Positions 17,056 to 26,440 of a stretch of 32,000 bases of DNA are shown piece after piece. The notes beneath the pieces were generated by a model. That model saw only the letters and a program-made list of their open reading frames with translations, ran no database searches and was not told the origin of the DNA. This stretch comes from Candidatus Saccharimonadota bacterium (GTDB lineage Bacteria > Patescibacteriota > Saccharimonadia > Saccharimonadales > UBA4665): positions 60,001 through 92,000 of the forward strand of contig CP064993.1 of the NCBI GenBank assembly GCA_016699955.1. The letters run 5' to 3'. The position numbers and the translations under genes are program-made. Within the stretch, counting starts at the first letter, position 1. Each line of letters starts with the position of its first letter.

Positions 17056-17364
17056 ATGGCATACGATACCGACGCAGATGGGTTTCTTGGCGTCACTTTT
17101 ATTTCCCACGACAGCGACCACACAAAGACAAATACGACAGAACGACCAGCTGACGCTAAGCCGACAAGTAAGAAACCGCCTTCAAAACATTCGCACGTCG
17201 ATAGCGATGAAATTCAGGCGCTTCAGGAAGAAATAGAAAGGTTAGAAATTACCTTGCAAACCTACGAGTTGGAGACCGAAGAACGTCTACAACACCTCGA
17301 GCGCATGGCGGGTCACCCAATAACTGCTGAGGAAAAAGTTTTTCGGATACAAGAAGAATCTTAA
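17056..17364 (+). CDS. Hypothetical protein (102 aa), charged and coiled-coil-like
   Basis: It is the only sizeable ORF in the trhO-ABC gap. It has a Lys/Pro/Ser-rich centre and a heptad-like C-terminus (EIQALQEEIERLEITLQTYELETEERLQHLE). No family recognised. Confidence 0.4.
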   Translation: MAYDTDADGFLGVTFISHDSDHTKTNTTERPADAKPTSKKPPSKHSHVDSDEIQALQEEIERLEITLQTYELETEERLQHLERMAGHPITAEEKVFRIQEES

Positions 17365-17418
17365 GTTTTTTACTTGGGATTACAATTTTACAGATACACA
17401 TTTCACCTAATTTTATCA

Positions 17419-17447
17419 TTGCATTTACGAAACAGAGGTAGTATAGT
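17419..17447 (+). promoter_or_regulatory. Sigma70-type promoter candidate TTGCAT-17 nt-TATAGT
   Basis: TTGCAT at 17419-17424, a 17-nt spacer, TATAGT at 17442-17447. It lies about 175 nt upstream of the first ABC gene. Confidence 0.4.
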
Positions 17448-17623
17448 TGTATGAATTACAAACGTAACGGAAAGGCGCACTAATACAATGATTACTTTCG
17501 CTCTTGTAACAGTTAACGGCGCCTTTACGGCGTACGTTACTCTGGGCTAAAAATACTTCTTTCAGCTCTAAAACACCTTATACTACCGTAAGTAGAATGG
17601 TCGACCGTAGGAGGGTCGTACCT

Positions 17624-19414
17624 ATGAATAAAATAAGTACAAAACAAGACCGAGGCATGAAGGTAGCACTACGCTACTATCTTCGCTGCGTCCAAAAATA
17701 CCCCCTCTACATCTGGGGAGTGATATTAGTTATGCCTTTAACATCTCTTTTTGGCCGCTTTATACCCCCGCTTATTTTGGCTGATGTTATAAACCAGCTG
17801 ACGGCCAAGCAACCTATCAACGGACTCTGGGCCACTTTTAGCGATGAAATACTGCTATATTTTTTGGTACTGCTTGCGGGAATCGCACTATGGCGCGGCA
17901 TTGACTATTTCATGTGGCGGTTGGAGCAAAATGTCCGGCAAGATATTTCCGAACACGTTTTTCGGCACCTCCTTGCGCAAAGCCTAGACTTCCATGCAAA
18001 CAATTTTGGTGGTTCACTGGTGTCACAAACTAACAAACTTTTGAACGGGTATATCCGTATTCAGGACAGCACGATATATCAGGTATATCCCATGTTGTGG
18101 GGGTTTGTGTGGGCTATTCTCATCCTTGCCCCAAAAGCACCGCTATACTCAGTTTTTCTGGCGATTCTTATCGTTCTGTTTATGAGCGTGTCAATGTTGC
18201 AAGCTCGAGGCATTTTTAAACATTTGTCGCGTGCGGCCGCGGCTGAGAGCAAAGAAACCGGTCAGTTATCCGACGCCATAACCAACATTGGCGTCATAAA
18301 AAGTTTCGCGCGGCGAGACTACGAAATAAGCCGTTTCCATGAAGCTACCAGTAACACCCGGCATTACATAATGCGCTTTGCTAACGCACATCAACGACAA
18401 ATGAACGTCATGGGGGTAATGAACCGGATTATAATTGGCGGGGCTCTGGTTGTTGCCCTGATATCAGTTATCGACCAGCACGCAAACATCGGCACAGCCT
18501 TTCTAATTTTCAGCTACACCGCAACAATTGCCGAGCAGCTGTTTGAATTTGGCAACGCCACGCTGCGCTCATACAACCGAGCGCTTAGTGACGCTCGTGA
18601 AATGGCCGTAAAACTGACGCAGGAGCCAAGTGTTAAAGACCCTCACGTGCCAGAACAACTTGCCGTTCACAGTGGCGCCATAGAATTCCGTAATGTCACG
18701 TTCATTCACAGCGGAGCAGAGGATGCCATCTTCGAAAACTTTACTCTCTCAATCAAACCAGGAGAAAAAATTGGGCTTGTTGGTCACAGCGGATCTGGCA
18801 AAACAACATTTACGCGTTTACTGCTGCGCTATTCTGACATTCAGGCTGGCGAAATCACCATCGATGGACAAAACATTGCAGCCGTCACGCAAGATGATTT
18901 GCACGCTTCAGTCGCCTACGTGCCCCAAGAGCCACTCCTGTTTCACCGCAGTATTCGCGAAAATATAGGCTACGGCAACTTAGCAAGTACCGAACAGCAA
19001 ATTGAACGTGCCGCAAAGCTAGCCCACGCACACGAATTCATCGAGCAATTACCTCAGCACTACGACACACTCGTTGGCGAACGTGGCGTAAAGCTGAGTG
19101 GTGGGCAACGGCAGCGTGTTGTCATTGCACGGGCCATGCTAAAAAATGCGCCTATTTTGGTGCTCGACGAAGCAACTTCGGCACTCGACAGCGAAAACGA
19201 AATGCTCATACAAGATGCACTATGGACACTCATGGAGGGCCGCACGGCCATCGTAATCGCCCATCGACTTTCTACCATACAAAAAATGGATCGGATCGTC
19301 GTGCTCGATAATGGAAAAATCGTCGAGGAGGGCACTCACAAAGAACTTCTAAAGCATGGCGGTACATACGCCAAACTTTGGGCACATCAATCGGGCGGAT
19401 TTATAGAGGAATAG
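17624..19414 (+). CDS. ABC exporter half-transporter (fused permease + ATPase), subunit 1
   Basis: N-terminal 6-TM ABC_membrane domain. The NBD has Walker A GHSGSGKTT, signature LSGGQRQR, Walker B ILVLDEATSALD and H-loop IAHRLST. The start is set to ATG 17624, with an AGGAGG SD at 17609-17614. Confidence 0.9.
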   Translation: MNKISTKQDRGMKVALRYYLRCVQKYPLYIWGVILVMPLTSLFGRFIPPLILADVINQLTAKQPINGLWATFSDEILLYFLVLLAGIALWRGIDYFMWRLEQNVRQDISEHVFRHLLAQSLDFHANNFGGSLVSQTNKLLNGYIRIQDSTIYQVYPMLWGFVWAILILAPKAPLYSVFLAILIVLFMSVSMLQARGIFKHLSRAAAAESKETGQLSDAITNIGVIKSFARRDYEISRFHEATSNTRHYIMRFANAHQRQMNVMGVMNRIIIGGALVVALISVIDQHANIGTAFLIFSYTATIAEQLFEFGNATLRSYNRALSDAREMAVKLTQEPSVKDPHVPEQLAVHSGAIEFRNVTFIHSGAEDAIFENFTLSIKPGEKIGLVGHSGSGKTTFTRLLLRYSDIQAGEITIDGQNIAAVTQDDLHASVAYVPQEPLLFHRSIRENIGYGNLASTEQQIERAAKLAHAHEFIEQLPQHYDTLVGERGVKLSGGQRQRVVIARAMLKNAPILVLDEATSALDSENEMLIQDALWTLMEGRTAIVIAHRLSTIQKMDRIVVLDNGKIVEEGTHKELLKHGGTYAKLWAHQSGGFIEE

Positions 19415-19416
19415 CA

Positions 19417-21243
19417 ATGGACAGTGACATGGGACAGACTGATACGAGCACAACCGACCAAAAACCCCGGCATGCCTTTCGAACCGGGCTTCGTGTCTTA
19501 CGATTGACCTGGCAAGAACGGCCAGTGGCAGTTTCTGTCTACGCTATGGGCGCATTTCTCGAAATTGGCAGCTCACTCCTTTCAATGTACGCAACTGCGA
19601 AACTCGGCAGCCTACTAGCCGCATACTTGACCACTAGGGAGGTTGGGGATATTTGGTTCTGGCTATGGATCGACATAGCCTGCGCGGTAGGCATAGCGTT
19701 CGGTTTTTGGATGATGAGTGCAAGCAAACGGCTCGTGTATTTTAAAATGGTGCGCTGGGCAACAACCGGCTTTCAGGAAGCAGTATCCCGGCTAGATCTT
19801 GCTGATTACGATAATTCGCTCGTGCGTAACCAGATTAACAAAGTGAGTGCTGGTTATACTTGGCAAGTACCAAATCTTGCCGAATCGGTCATGGATTTTT
19901 GCTATTCGCTCATACGGTTCGCGGCCATCACTGCTGTGGCAGCGCAAATTGGATGGTGGGTAGTGCTGGTGCTGGCTGTCTTTTTGCTACCAAGCTTACT
20001 GGCCGAAAATCGCCTGCAAAAACTACAGTGGTTCGTGTGGGATTATAAGGGCGATAATCGACATATATTTTGGGGGCTTGAGTGGATGTTACGTCAACAC
20101 CGTAACATTATGGAGCTACGGAGTATGCAGGCGCGAGAATATTTGCTGCGTAAAGTTGAGCATATGAACGAAGACTTTTACAGCATACAGGAGAAGGCAT
20201 TTCGACAAGTGAGTCGTGTTATTGTGCCTTCAAAGTTATTTGAGGTCGGCGGGACTGCCATAGGAGCAGTGGTACTCCTGCGACAATTTCTGGCAGGAAG
20301 TATCGGGCTAGACCGTTATTTTTTCCTGTCAGGCGCGCTGCTGCGAGTCGGCGGTGCCCTGAATGCTGTTTTTGGTTCAATCAGCCGCATGCAAGAACAG
20401 TTGCTCTTTGCTGAAGACTTTTTTGAACTCCTGGAAAGAAAACAAATTATTGTAGACCGACCAGGTTCCAAGCAGCTCTCTGGCACAATTGTACCAAACA
20501 TAGAATTTCGCAATGTTTCTTTTACCTACCCTGGCAAGAAGCGAGAAGTTTTTCATAAGCTTTCGTTTGTCATAGCACCTGGCGAACACGTCGCACTGGT
20601 TGGCGAAAATGGCGCAGGCAAGACCACTCTCATAAAATTACTGCTCCGATTCTACGTACCAACTGGTGGGCAAATACTTATAGATGGAGTCGATCTTCAG
20701 GCTATTTCTATAGAATCATGGTACGCTCGGGTTGCGACACTTTTCCAGAGCTTTAATGAGTACCCCTTCCCCATACATGAGAACGTTTCTATTGGGGATC
20801 CAACCGTAGGGTTAGACCGCTCACGTCTGCAAAGTGCCGGTGACAAAAGCGATGTTACTGAAATGGTAAATCACTTGCCTTACGGCTGGGATACAGTGTT
20901 AAATAGCAGCTTTGAAAAAGGCATCGAGCCAAGTGGCGGACAATGGCAGCGCTTGGCGCTGGCTCGAGCCTTTTACCGTGATGCGCCGGTGCTCATCCTT
21001 GACGAACCAACTTCTGCCATTGACGCCAAAGCCGAATACGACATCTTTAATAACATATTTGAACACTACCAAAACCGCACGGCCATTATCATTAGCCACC
21101 GTTTTTCGACTGTCCGCCGAGCTCATCGTATTATTGTTCTTGACAAGGGTAAGATAGCTGAGCAAGGCACACACACTACGCTCATGCAGTCAAAAGGCCT
21201 CTATCACGAGCTCTTCACTAAACAAGCCGAAGGGTATAAGTAG
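19417..21243 (+). CDS. ABC exporter half-transporter (fused permease + ATPase), subunit 2
   Basis: Walker A GENGAGKTT, signature PSGGQWQR, Walker B VLILDEPTSAID, H-loop ISHRFST. ATG 19417 lies 2 nt after the subunit-1 stop, with an AGAGGA SD. The two are probably a heterodimer pair. Confidence 0.9.
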   Translation: MDSDMGQTDTSTTDQKPRHAFRTGLRVLRLTWQERPVAVSVYAMGAFLEIGSSLLSMYATAKLGSLLAAYLTTREVGDIWFWLWIDIACAVGIAFGFWMMSASKRLVYFKMVRWATTGFQEAVSRLDLADYDNSLVRNQINKVSAGYTWQVPNLAESVMDFCYSLIRFAAITAVAAQIGWWVVLVLAVFLLPSLLAENRLQKLQWFVWDYKGDNRHIFWGLEWMLRQHRNIMELRSMQAREYLLRKVEHMNEDFYSIQEKAFRQVSRVIVPSKLFEVGGTAIGAVVLLRQFLAGSIGLDRYFFLSGALLRVGGALNAVFGSISRMQEQLLFAEDFFELLERKQIIVDRPGSKQLSGTIVPNIEFRNVSFTYPGKKREVFHKLSFVIAPGEHVALVGENGAGKTTLIKLLLRFYVPTGGQILIDGVDLQAISIESWYARVATLFQSFNEYPFPIHENVSIGDPTVGLDRSRLQSAGDKSDVTEMVNHLPYGWDTVLNSSFEKGIEPSGGQWQRLALARAFYRDAPVLILDEPTSAIDAKAEYDIFNNIFEHYQNRTAIIISHRFSTVRRAHRIIVLDKGKIAEQGTHTTLMQSKGLYHELFTKQAEGYK

Positions 21244-21245
21244 CC

Positions 21246-21378
21246 GAACTCGGCGTAAACGCCGAGTTCTAAAGGGGCGGGCTCGCCCGCCCCGCTTATA
21301 CAACTGGAATTAATCCAGTTGTATAAGCTCCCCACCCCTGAAGGCTTCGCTCTCGCTCGCTTAGCGCCTAAAGGCGCT
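21246..21378. repeat. Array of four perfect hairpins in the convergent intergenic region
   Basis: H1 21246-21269: GAACTCGGCG/taaa/CGCCGAGTTC. H2 21274-21293: GGGGCGGGC/tc/GCCCGCCCC. H3 21294-21328: GCTTATACAACTGGA/attaa/TCCAGTTGTATAAGC. H4 21363-21378: AGCGCC/taaa/GGCGCT. Confidence 0.9.
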
Positions 21379-21431
21379 GGTTGTGGCGGTTACACCTAGC
21401 TGGGGTTAGGTAACACGCTATTTATATGAAC

Positions 21432-21468
21432 GGGGTGAAAAAGCACCCCATATAACTGGGGTGCTTTT
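21432..21468. terminator. Bidirectional intrinsic terminator candidate (mainly for rplY on the minus strand)
   Basis: AAGCACCCC (21441-21449) pairs with GGGGTGCTT (21458-21466) across an 8-nt loop. On the minus strand the stem is followed by TTTTT, 16 nt after the rplY stop. On the plus strand it runs into TTTT. An upstream GGGGTG (21432-21437) can pair with the same CACCCC instead. Confidence 0.6.
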
Positions 21469-21484
21469 AAAATCCTAAGTCAAA

Positions 21485-22174
21485 CTACTCTTTTGAGGAG
21501 TCGGCTGGAGCTGTTTCGGCGGCTGCGTCTTCGCCTTCGGCTTCTTCGGCCGCGGGAGCCACTTCTTCGGCGTCACCACCCGCTTCATCGTTGGCGGCAG
21601 CGAGTGCACTTGGCTCAAAGACTGCTGCGACCGCATGAGCGGCGTCAGTTTCAACGACAACACCCTCTGGAACATCTAAGTCGGATACGTTAACATGATC
21701 ACCCACTGCGACAAGTTTTTCGGCATCGTAAAATAGCTCGTTTGGTAGGTTCTTTGGTAACGCTTTGACCTCAACTTCGTCTAGCTGCGTCAGTACGATC
21801 AAGCCAGCACGCTCAGCCGGGCTTGATTCATTGCCCTCGGCATAGCGTGGCTTAACTGGAATCTGGGCTTCTACCGTCTGGTTGGCGCTGACGGCGTTAA
21901 AGACTACGTGTGTGACCGTGCCGAGGCGCGGGTCAATACTTGCACTACGAATAAGTGCGGTATATTTTTTATCACCGACTTTGAGCTCAACCGGATGGTG
22001 ACGTCCTGCGGTATGAAATACTTTCGTAATAGCCTGGTGGTTAGCCTGGATATGAATGGAAGCTTTGCCGTGATCATGAATAACTGCAGGAACAATCCCA
22101 CTTTTCCGCAAGCGTTTAACGCCCTTACCAAGCGTTTCGCGCGGCTCTACTAGTAATGTAATAGCATCCGACAT
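21485..22174 (-). CDS. rplY: 50S ribosomal protein L25 / general stress protein Ctc, with an acidic Ala/Glu-rich tail
   Basis: The N-terminus ...RETLGKGVKRLRKSGIVPAVIHDHGKASIHI... is the L25/Ctc signature, and the protein has two beta-barrel domains. AAGGAGA SD; a TATACT -10 at 22201-22206 (minus strand). Confidence 0.9.
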   Translation of the reverse strand: MSDAITLLVEPRETLGKGVKRLRKSGIVPAVIHDHGKASIHIQANHQAITKVFHTAGRHHPVELKVGDKKYTALIRSASIDPRLGTVTHVVFNAVSANQTVEAQIPVKPRYAEGNESSPAERAGLIVLTQLDEVEVKALPKNLPNELFYDAEKLVAVGDHVNVSDLDVPEGVVVETDAAHAVAAVFEPSALAAANDEAGGDAEEVAPAAEEAEGEDAAAETAPADSSKE

Positions 22175-22258
22175 GTAGTATCTCCTTATTTTCTAGGGGT
22201 AGTATAGCACATAAACACCGAGATTTTGCAAAACATAGCGCAGTCAACATGGTTCCTG

Positions 22259-22264
22259 TACACT
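22259..22264 (+). promoter_or_regulatory. -10-like hexamer TACACT, 6 nt upstream of ATG 22271
   Basis: TACACT at 22259-22264, spacer AGAACC, no SD. Confidence 0.4.
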
Positions 22265-22270
22265 AGAACC

Positions 22271-22897
22271 ATGCTGGATTTTACCGAAATTGTCCGCTCG
22301 GGCGGACTGCTTATTCTCTTTCTCATCATCTTTGCTGAAAGTGGCATGATGGTCGGATTCTTTTTCCCGGGTGATACGCTCCTGTTTAGCGCAGGTATAC
22401 TGGCCGCTGCCGGGCAATTACCCATTGTTCTCACTATATTTGTTATTGCAGCCGCAGCCATCATCGGCGATAACACTGGTTATCAAATAGGCAAGCACCT
22501 TGGCCCCAAGTTATTTAAAAAAGAAGATGGGATTATTTTCCGCAAAGATCTCATCATAAAGGCCGAGAAGTTTTACGAAAAATACGGAACAAAAACTATG
22601 TTAGTTGCTCATTTTATACCCATCATTCGCAGCTTTGCGCCCGTTACTGCTGGCGCCGGAAGGATGGATTATAAGCAGTTCGTAATTTACGATGCAATAG
22701 GTGATATTGTTTGGGCAGCAAGCGTAACCCTGCTCGGGTATTTTGTCGGCAGCCGCATACCAGGCGTTGAGCACTACATTGAACCAGTGCTTATCGGCAT
22801 CATTCTCGTAACACTCCTTCCAACCCTGTACCACGCCCTCAAAGACCCCAAAATCCGCGCCAAGTTGTTACGCCGAAAAGTAAGGACTAATGATTAA
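22271..22897 (+). CDS. DedA-family (VTT/SNARE-associated domain) membrane protein
   Basis: [42 protein letters not shown]... is the canonical DedA N-terminus. The start is set to ATG 22271 rather than 22226. Confidence 0.85.
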   Translation: MLDFTEIVRSGGLLILFLIIFAESGMMVGFFFPGDTLLFSAGILAAAGQLPIVLTIFVIAAAAIIGDNTGYQIGKHLGPKLFKKEDGIIFRKDLIIKAEKFYEKYGTKTMLVAHFIPIIRSFAPVTAGAGRMDYKQFVIYDAIGDIVWAASVTLLGYFVGSRIPGVEHYIEPVLIGIILVTLLPTLYHALKDPKIRAKLLRRKVRTND

Positions 22898-25719
22898 CCC
22901 GAACTCGGCATCAGCATGTGCCTAAGATACTTGCCCGTATAACTAGCGTCAATTTTCACTACCTGCTCGGGGGTGCCTTCGGCTATGATTTGGCCACCGG
23001 CGTTACCGCCTTCAGGACCCATATCAATTAGCCAGTCGGCCGACTTTATCACGTCTAGGTTATGTTCGATAACGACCATGCTGTTACCTGCCGTAACGAG
23101 CGCGTGTAGCACCTGCAACAGCTTTTCGACATCAGCCATGTGTAGGCCGGTTGTTGGTTCGTCAAGGATGTAGAGGGTACGGCCAGTCGGGCGACGGCTT
23201 AGTTCAGAAGCAAGTTTGATTCTTTGCGCCTCGCCGCCGCTTAGTGTCGTCGCTGGCTGCCCAAGCGCTATGTAGCCAAGCCCCACATCTACGAGCGTTT
23301 GCAGTTTGCGAGCAATGGCTGGGATATTTCCAAAAAAATCCAGTGCTTGCTCGCACGTCATTGACAGCACATCGCTAATAGTTTTGCCCTTAAAGTGTAT
23401 CTCCAGGGCTTCACGGTTGTAGCGTTTGCCTTGGCAGACTTCGCAGGGCACATAGACGTCAGGTAGAAAGTGCATTTCTATTTTGATTATGCCGTCTCCT
23501 GAGCAGTTTTCGCACCGTCCACCTTTGACGTTAAAGCTGAAACGACCAGCGGCATAGCCACGAAGTTTTGCCTCTGGCACGCTGGCGAATAGCTCACGAA
23601 TAGGCGTAAACAGTCCTGTATATGTGGCTGGGTTAGACCGCGGCGTCCTACCGATAGGTGACTGGTCAATTATAATTGCTTTGTCGAGATGCTCTATACC
23701 CTCTATGTCATCGTGCCGGCCTGGTACAGTTGAAGCGTGGTGTAGGCGTGCATGAAGTTCTTTCGCGAGAATGTCATTTATAAGGCTTGATTTTCCACTG
23801 CCGCTAACACCGCTGACTACAACTAATTTGCCAAGCGGAATATCCACCGTCACGTTTTGCAAGTTGTTTTCGCGCGCTCCTACGATACGAATAGATTTAC
23901 CGTTACCTTTTCGCCGCTTACTTGGCACGGCGATACTCTTTTTGCCAGATAGGTATTGGCCGGTGATGCTCTGTGGAGATTGTTCAACGTCCGCGGGAGT
24001 ACCATGAGCTACCACATGCCCACCGTGTATACCAGCTCCAGGACCAATGTCTAGCAGGTAGTCGGCCGTACGAATAGTTTCTTCGTCGTGTTCTACGACA
24101 AGAACTGTGTTGCCAAGATCACGCAGATGTTTCAGCGTGCCAATAAGACGAGCGTTGTCCCGCTGGTGCAAGCCGATACTTGGCTCGTCAAGCACATACA
24201 AAACGCCCATAAGCCCCGATCCGATTTGCGTCGCCAGTCGTATACGCTGAGCTTCACCGCCACTCAAAGTCGTAGCACCACGCAGCAAAGTAAGGTAGTT
24301 AAGCCCCACGTCAACCAAAAATTGTAACCGTGCCGATATTTCCTTTAGAACAAGATTTGCAATTGTCATCTCTAGCTCGTTCAAAGAAAGTGTTTTGAAG
24401 TATTCGAGCGCATCGTCTATCGACAACTCACAAATATCCATAATGGATTTATCTCCGATAGTCACCGCAAGAACTTCGGGCTTCAGCCGCCGACCCTCAC
24501 AGGCTGCACAGGGCCTTTCCTGCATGAAACGCTCAATATCACGTCGCATAAAATCACTGTCAGTTTCTTTGTGTCGACGCTCGAGATTTGGGATTACTCC
24601 CTCATAAGTAGAGTTAAACACGCGGCCATGCCCAAGTGAAACCTTGTAGACATCATCTCCAGTGCCGTACAAAATGCGTTTAAGATTGACTTCAGAAATT
24701 TGGGCTGTCGGCTCTTGCAGAGTGAAGCCGTGTTTCTCCCCAACAGCCTGGAGCTTGCGAACATACCAGTTGTCCATATTAATACGGTTGTACGGACGGA
24801 TGGCACCTTCGGCAATGGTCAGGCGGCCATTTGGGATAACCAGCTCCGGATCAACAACTAAGCGCGAGCCAAGCCCGGTGCAGGTTGGGCAGGCGCCGTG
24901 TGGGCTATTAAAACTAAACGTCCGCGGTTCCAGCTCTGGAATGGCCACTTCAGGATGATTGGCACAGGCGTACATAAGGCTGTATGTCTGAAGGTCGTCT
25001 GTGTCGGCGTTCAACACTGCCAGCTTACCTTCAGCAACGTCCAGGGCTTGTTCGACACTTTGAGCAAGGCGCGTTCGAGATTCGTCGTCATTCAGCAGTC
25101 TATCGACGACAACCTGTATGGTGTGCCGAATGTTTTTGTCGAGCTCTGGAAACTCATCCAGCGCATACACGACACCGTCTACGCGAACACGCGCGAAGCC
25201 GGCGCGCAGGTATTGCTCGGGGATGTGCTCGAACTGGCCCTTTTTGTCTATGACAATTGGCGCTAAAATCATCAGCCTTGCGCCAGCTGGCAGCGCTGAA
25301 ACCTGGTCAATGATGTTTGCGACTGTTTGGCGCATAACCGGACTGCCGCAAACCGGACAATGTGGCACGCCAATACGCGCGAACAGCAAACGAAGGTAAT
25401 CATATATTTCTGTAACTGTCGCAACAGTAGACCGGGGATTCCGGCTGGTAGATTTCTGGTCGATGGATATCGCTGGGCTCAGTCCATCTATTTGGTCGAC
25501 GTCGGGTTTTTCCATGAGTCCCAAAAACTGACGCGCGTAGGCACTCAGGCTTTCAACATATCGTCGCTGTCCTTCGGCATAAATAGTATCGAAAGCAAGG
25601 CTTGATTTGCCTGAGCCGCTCAGTCCAGTAATAACCACTAGCTTTTCACGCGGAATCGTCACATCAATGTTTTTGAGGTTATGTTCACGCGCGCCTTTGA
25701 CCACAATTTCGTCATGCAT
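22894..25719 (-). CDS. uvrA: Excinuclease ABC subunit A (UvrA)
   Basis: 941 aa. Two ABC ATPase modules ([28 protein letters not shown], two LSGGEAQRI signatures) and zinc modules ([21 protein letters not shown]...CEVCQGKRY). Confidence 0.97.
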   Translation of the reverse strand: MHDEIVVKGAREHNLKNIDVTIPREKLVVITGLSGSGKSSLAFDTIYAEGQRRYVESLSAYARQFLGLMEKPDVDQIDGLSPAISIDQKSTSRNPRSTVATVTEIYDYLRLLFARIGVPHCPVCGSPVMRQTVANIIDQVSALPAGARLMILAPIVIDKKGQFEHIPEQYLRAGFARVRVDGVVYALDEFPELDKNIRHTIQVVVDRLLNDDESRTRLAQSVEQALDVAEGKLAVLNADTDDLQTYSLMYACANHPEVAIPELEPRTFSFNSPHGACPTCTGLGSRLVVDPELVIPNGRLTIAEGAIRPYNRINMDNWYVRKLQAVGEKHGFTLQEPTAQISEVNLKRILYGTGDDVYKVSLGHGRVFNSTYEGVIPNLERRHKETDSDFMRRDIERFMQERPCAACEGRRLKPEVLAVTIGDKSIMDICELSIDDALEYFKTLSLNELEMTIANLVLKEISARLQFLVDVGLNYLTLLRGATTLSGGEAQRIRLATQIGSGLMGVLYVLDEPSIGLHQRDNARLIGTLKHLRDLGNTVLVVEHDEETIRTADYLLDIGPGAGIHGGHVVAHGTPADVEQSPQSITGQYLSGKKSIAVPSKRRKGNGKSIRIVGARENNLQNVTVDIPLGKLVVVSGVSGSGKSSLINDILAKELHARLHHASTVPGRHDDIEGIEHLDKAIIIDQSPIGRTPRSNPATYTGLFTPIRELFASVPEAKLRGYAAGRFSFNVKGGRCENCSGDGIIKIEMHFLPDVYVPCEVCQGKRYNREALEIHFKGKTISDVLSMTCEQALDFFGNIPAIARKLQTLVDVGLGYIALGQPATTLSGGEAQRIKLASELSRRPTGRTLYILDEPTTGLHMADVEKLLQVLHALVTAGNSMVVIEHNLDVIKSADWLIDMGPEGGNAGGQIIAEGTPEQVVKIDASYTGKYLRHMLMPSSG

Positions 25720-25729
25720 AAGTCGAAAC

Positions 25730-25735
25730 AGTATA
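25730..25735 (-). promoter_or_regulatory. -10-like hexamer TATACT, 10 nt upstream of the uvrA ATG (25719)
   Basis: agtata on the + strand at 25730-25735. No SD in the 10-nt spacer. Confidence 0.4.
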
Positions 25736-25936
25736 CTCGTTTTCCCTGTTTTTTTCCAGTCTTAGCACGCTAAAAACGGACTACTGCTTCATTTTAAAGT
25801 GATTTACGAGCTATCTTGAGAAAAAGTAGCTGTCGCTAATTTTTAGACAAAGAAACCGGCAGATACAGCGCTGCTGATAGGTTTACTGGGTCGTTAGTTT
25901 ACTAATTCGGGAGTTTGCGTAAGTGCAGTTTGTGGG

Positions 25937-25942
25937 TACAAT
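25937..25942 (+). promoter_or_regulatory. -10-like hexamer TACAAT, 7 nt upstream of ATG 25950
   Basis: TACAAT at 25937-25942, spacer ACCGTAC. Confidence 0.4.
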
Positions 25943-25949
25943 ACCGTAC

Positions 25950-26363
25950 ATGTCATTGCAAACACAGACTAAACGTATTCTCACGGACATCGCTGGTTAT
26001 TTACTCATAATCGCGTCTGGGTTGACGGGCTGGCTGCCAGGGCCTGGGGGTATTCCACTACTCATTGCCGGCTTGGGCTTACTAAGTATCAACAACAAAT
26101 GGGCTCATGACCTACGTGAGTATGTGCTTAACAACGGCGGCAAGGTTATACAAAAACTATTTCCGGCACACGCCGTGGCACAGTGGACGTACGATGTTGT
26201 TGTGGTTGCTTTCTACGGGGTAGCTGCGTATCTCGCATGGAATCATGCTGTTTGGTGGCAGGTGTCGCTTGCAGCCAGTCTTTTTTTTGGCGCTACGTTC
26301 ATCGCACTCATGAACCGACAACGCCTAGAATCGTTCAAAGAGCGACGTCGAAAGAAACCATAA
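25950..26363 (+). CDS. Small membrane protein, PGPGW-type (PF09656-like)
   Basis: LLIIASGLTGWLPGPGGIPLLIAGLGLLS resembles the PGPGW transmembrane motif. 3-4 TM helices. The start is set to ATG 25950 (the track ORF starts at GTG 25923). Confidence 0.55.
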   Translation: MSLQTQTKRILTDIAGYLLIIASGLTGWLPGPGGIPLLIAGLGLLSINNKWAHDLREYVLNNGGKVIQKLFPAHAVAQWTYDVVVVAFYGVAAYLAWNHAVWWQVSLAASLFFGATFIALMNRQRLESFKERRRKKP

Positions 26364-26381
26364 ACATTTTATGCAACTATA

Positions 26382-26410
26382 TTGATTGTTATGTGACTTT
26401 GTGATATAAT
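26382..26410 (+). promoter_or_regulatory. Strong sigma70-type promoter candidate TTGATT-17 nt-(TGa)TATAAT
   Basis: TTGATT at 26382-26387, a 17-nt spacer, an extended -10 TG at 26402-26403 and TATAAT at 26405-26410. A GAGGTGG SD follows at 26428-26434. Confidence 0.5.
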
Positions 26411-26440
26411 GCCCTCATAATATCTCGTGAGGTGGCGGCG

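Noticed and set aside
17451-17483. A 10-codon upstream ORF (MNYKRNGKAH) as a leader peptide.
   Set aside because: Its ATG lies only 3 nt after the TATAGT -10 box, so it would be upstream of, or at, the transcription start and probably not on the mRNA.
17624-21243. An asymmetric or degenerate ATP site in the ABC pair, as in BmrCD/TM287-288-type heterodimers.
   Set aside because: Both subunits keep the Walker B D-E, the H-loop His and an xSGGQ signature. The only deviation is PSGGQ in subunit 2, so there is no convincing degenerate site.
25720-25760. An SOS/LexA operator upstream of uvrA (and uvrC at 6621-6660, and the ydjM-like gene at 4806-4850).
   Set aside because: I looked for CGAAC-N4-GTTCG and CTGT-N8-ACAG types. 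Only a lone TACTGT is present, and it is simply part of the TATACT -10 box. No palindrome is shared among the three upstream regions.
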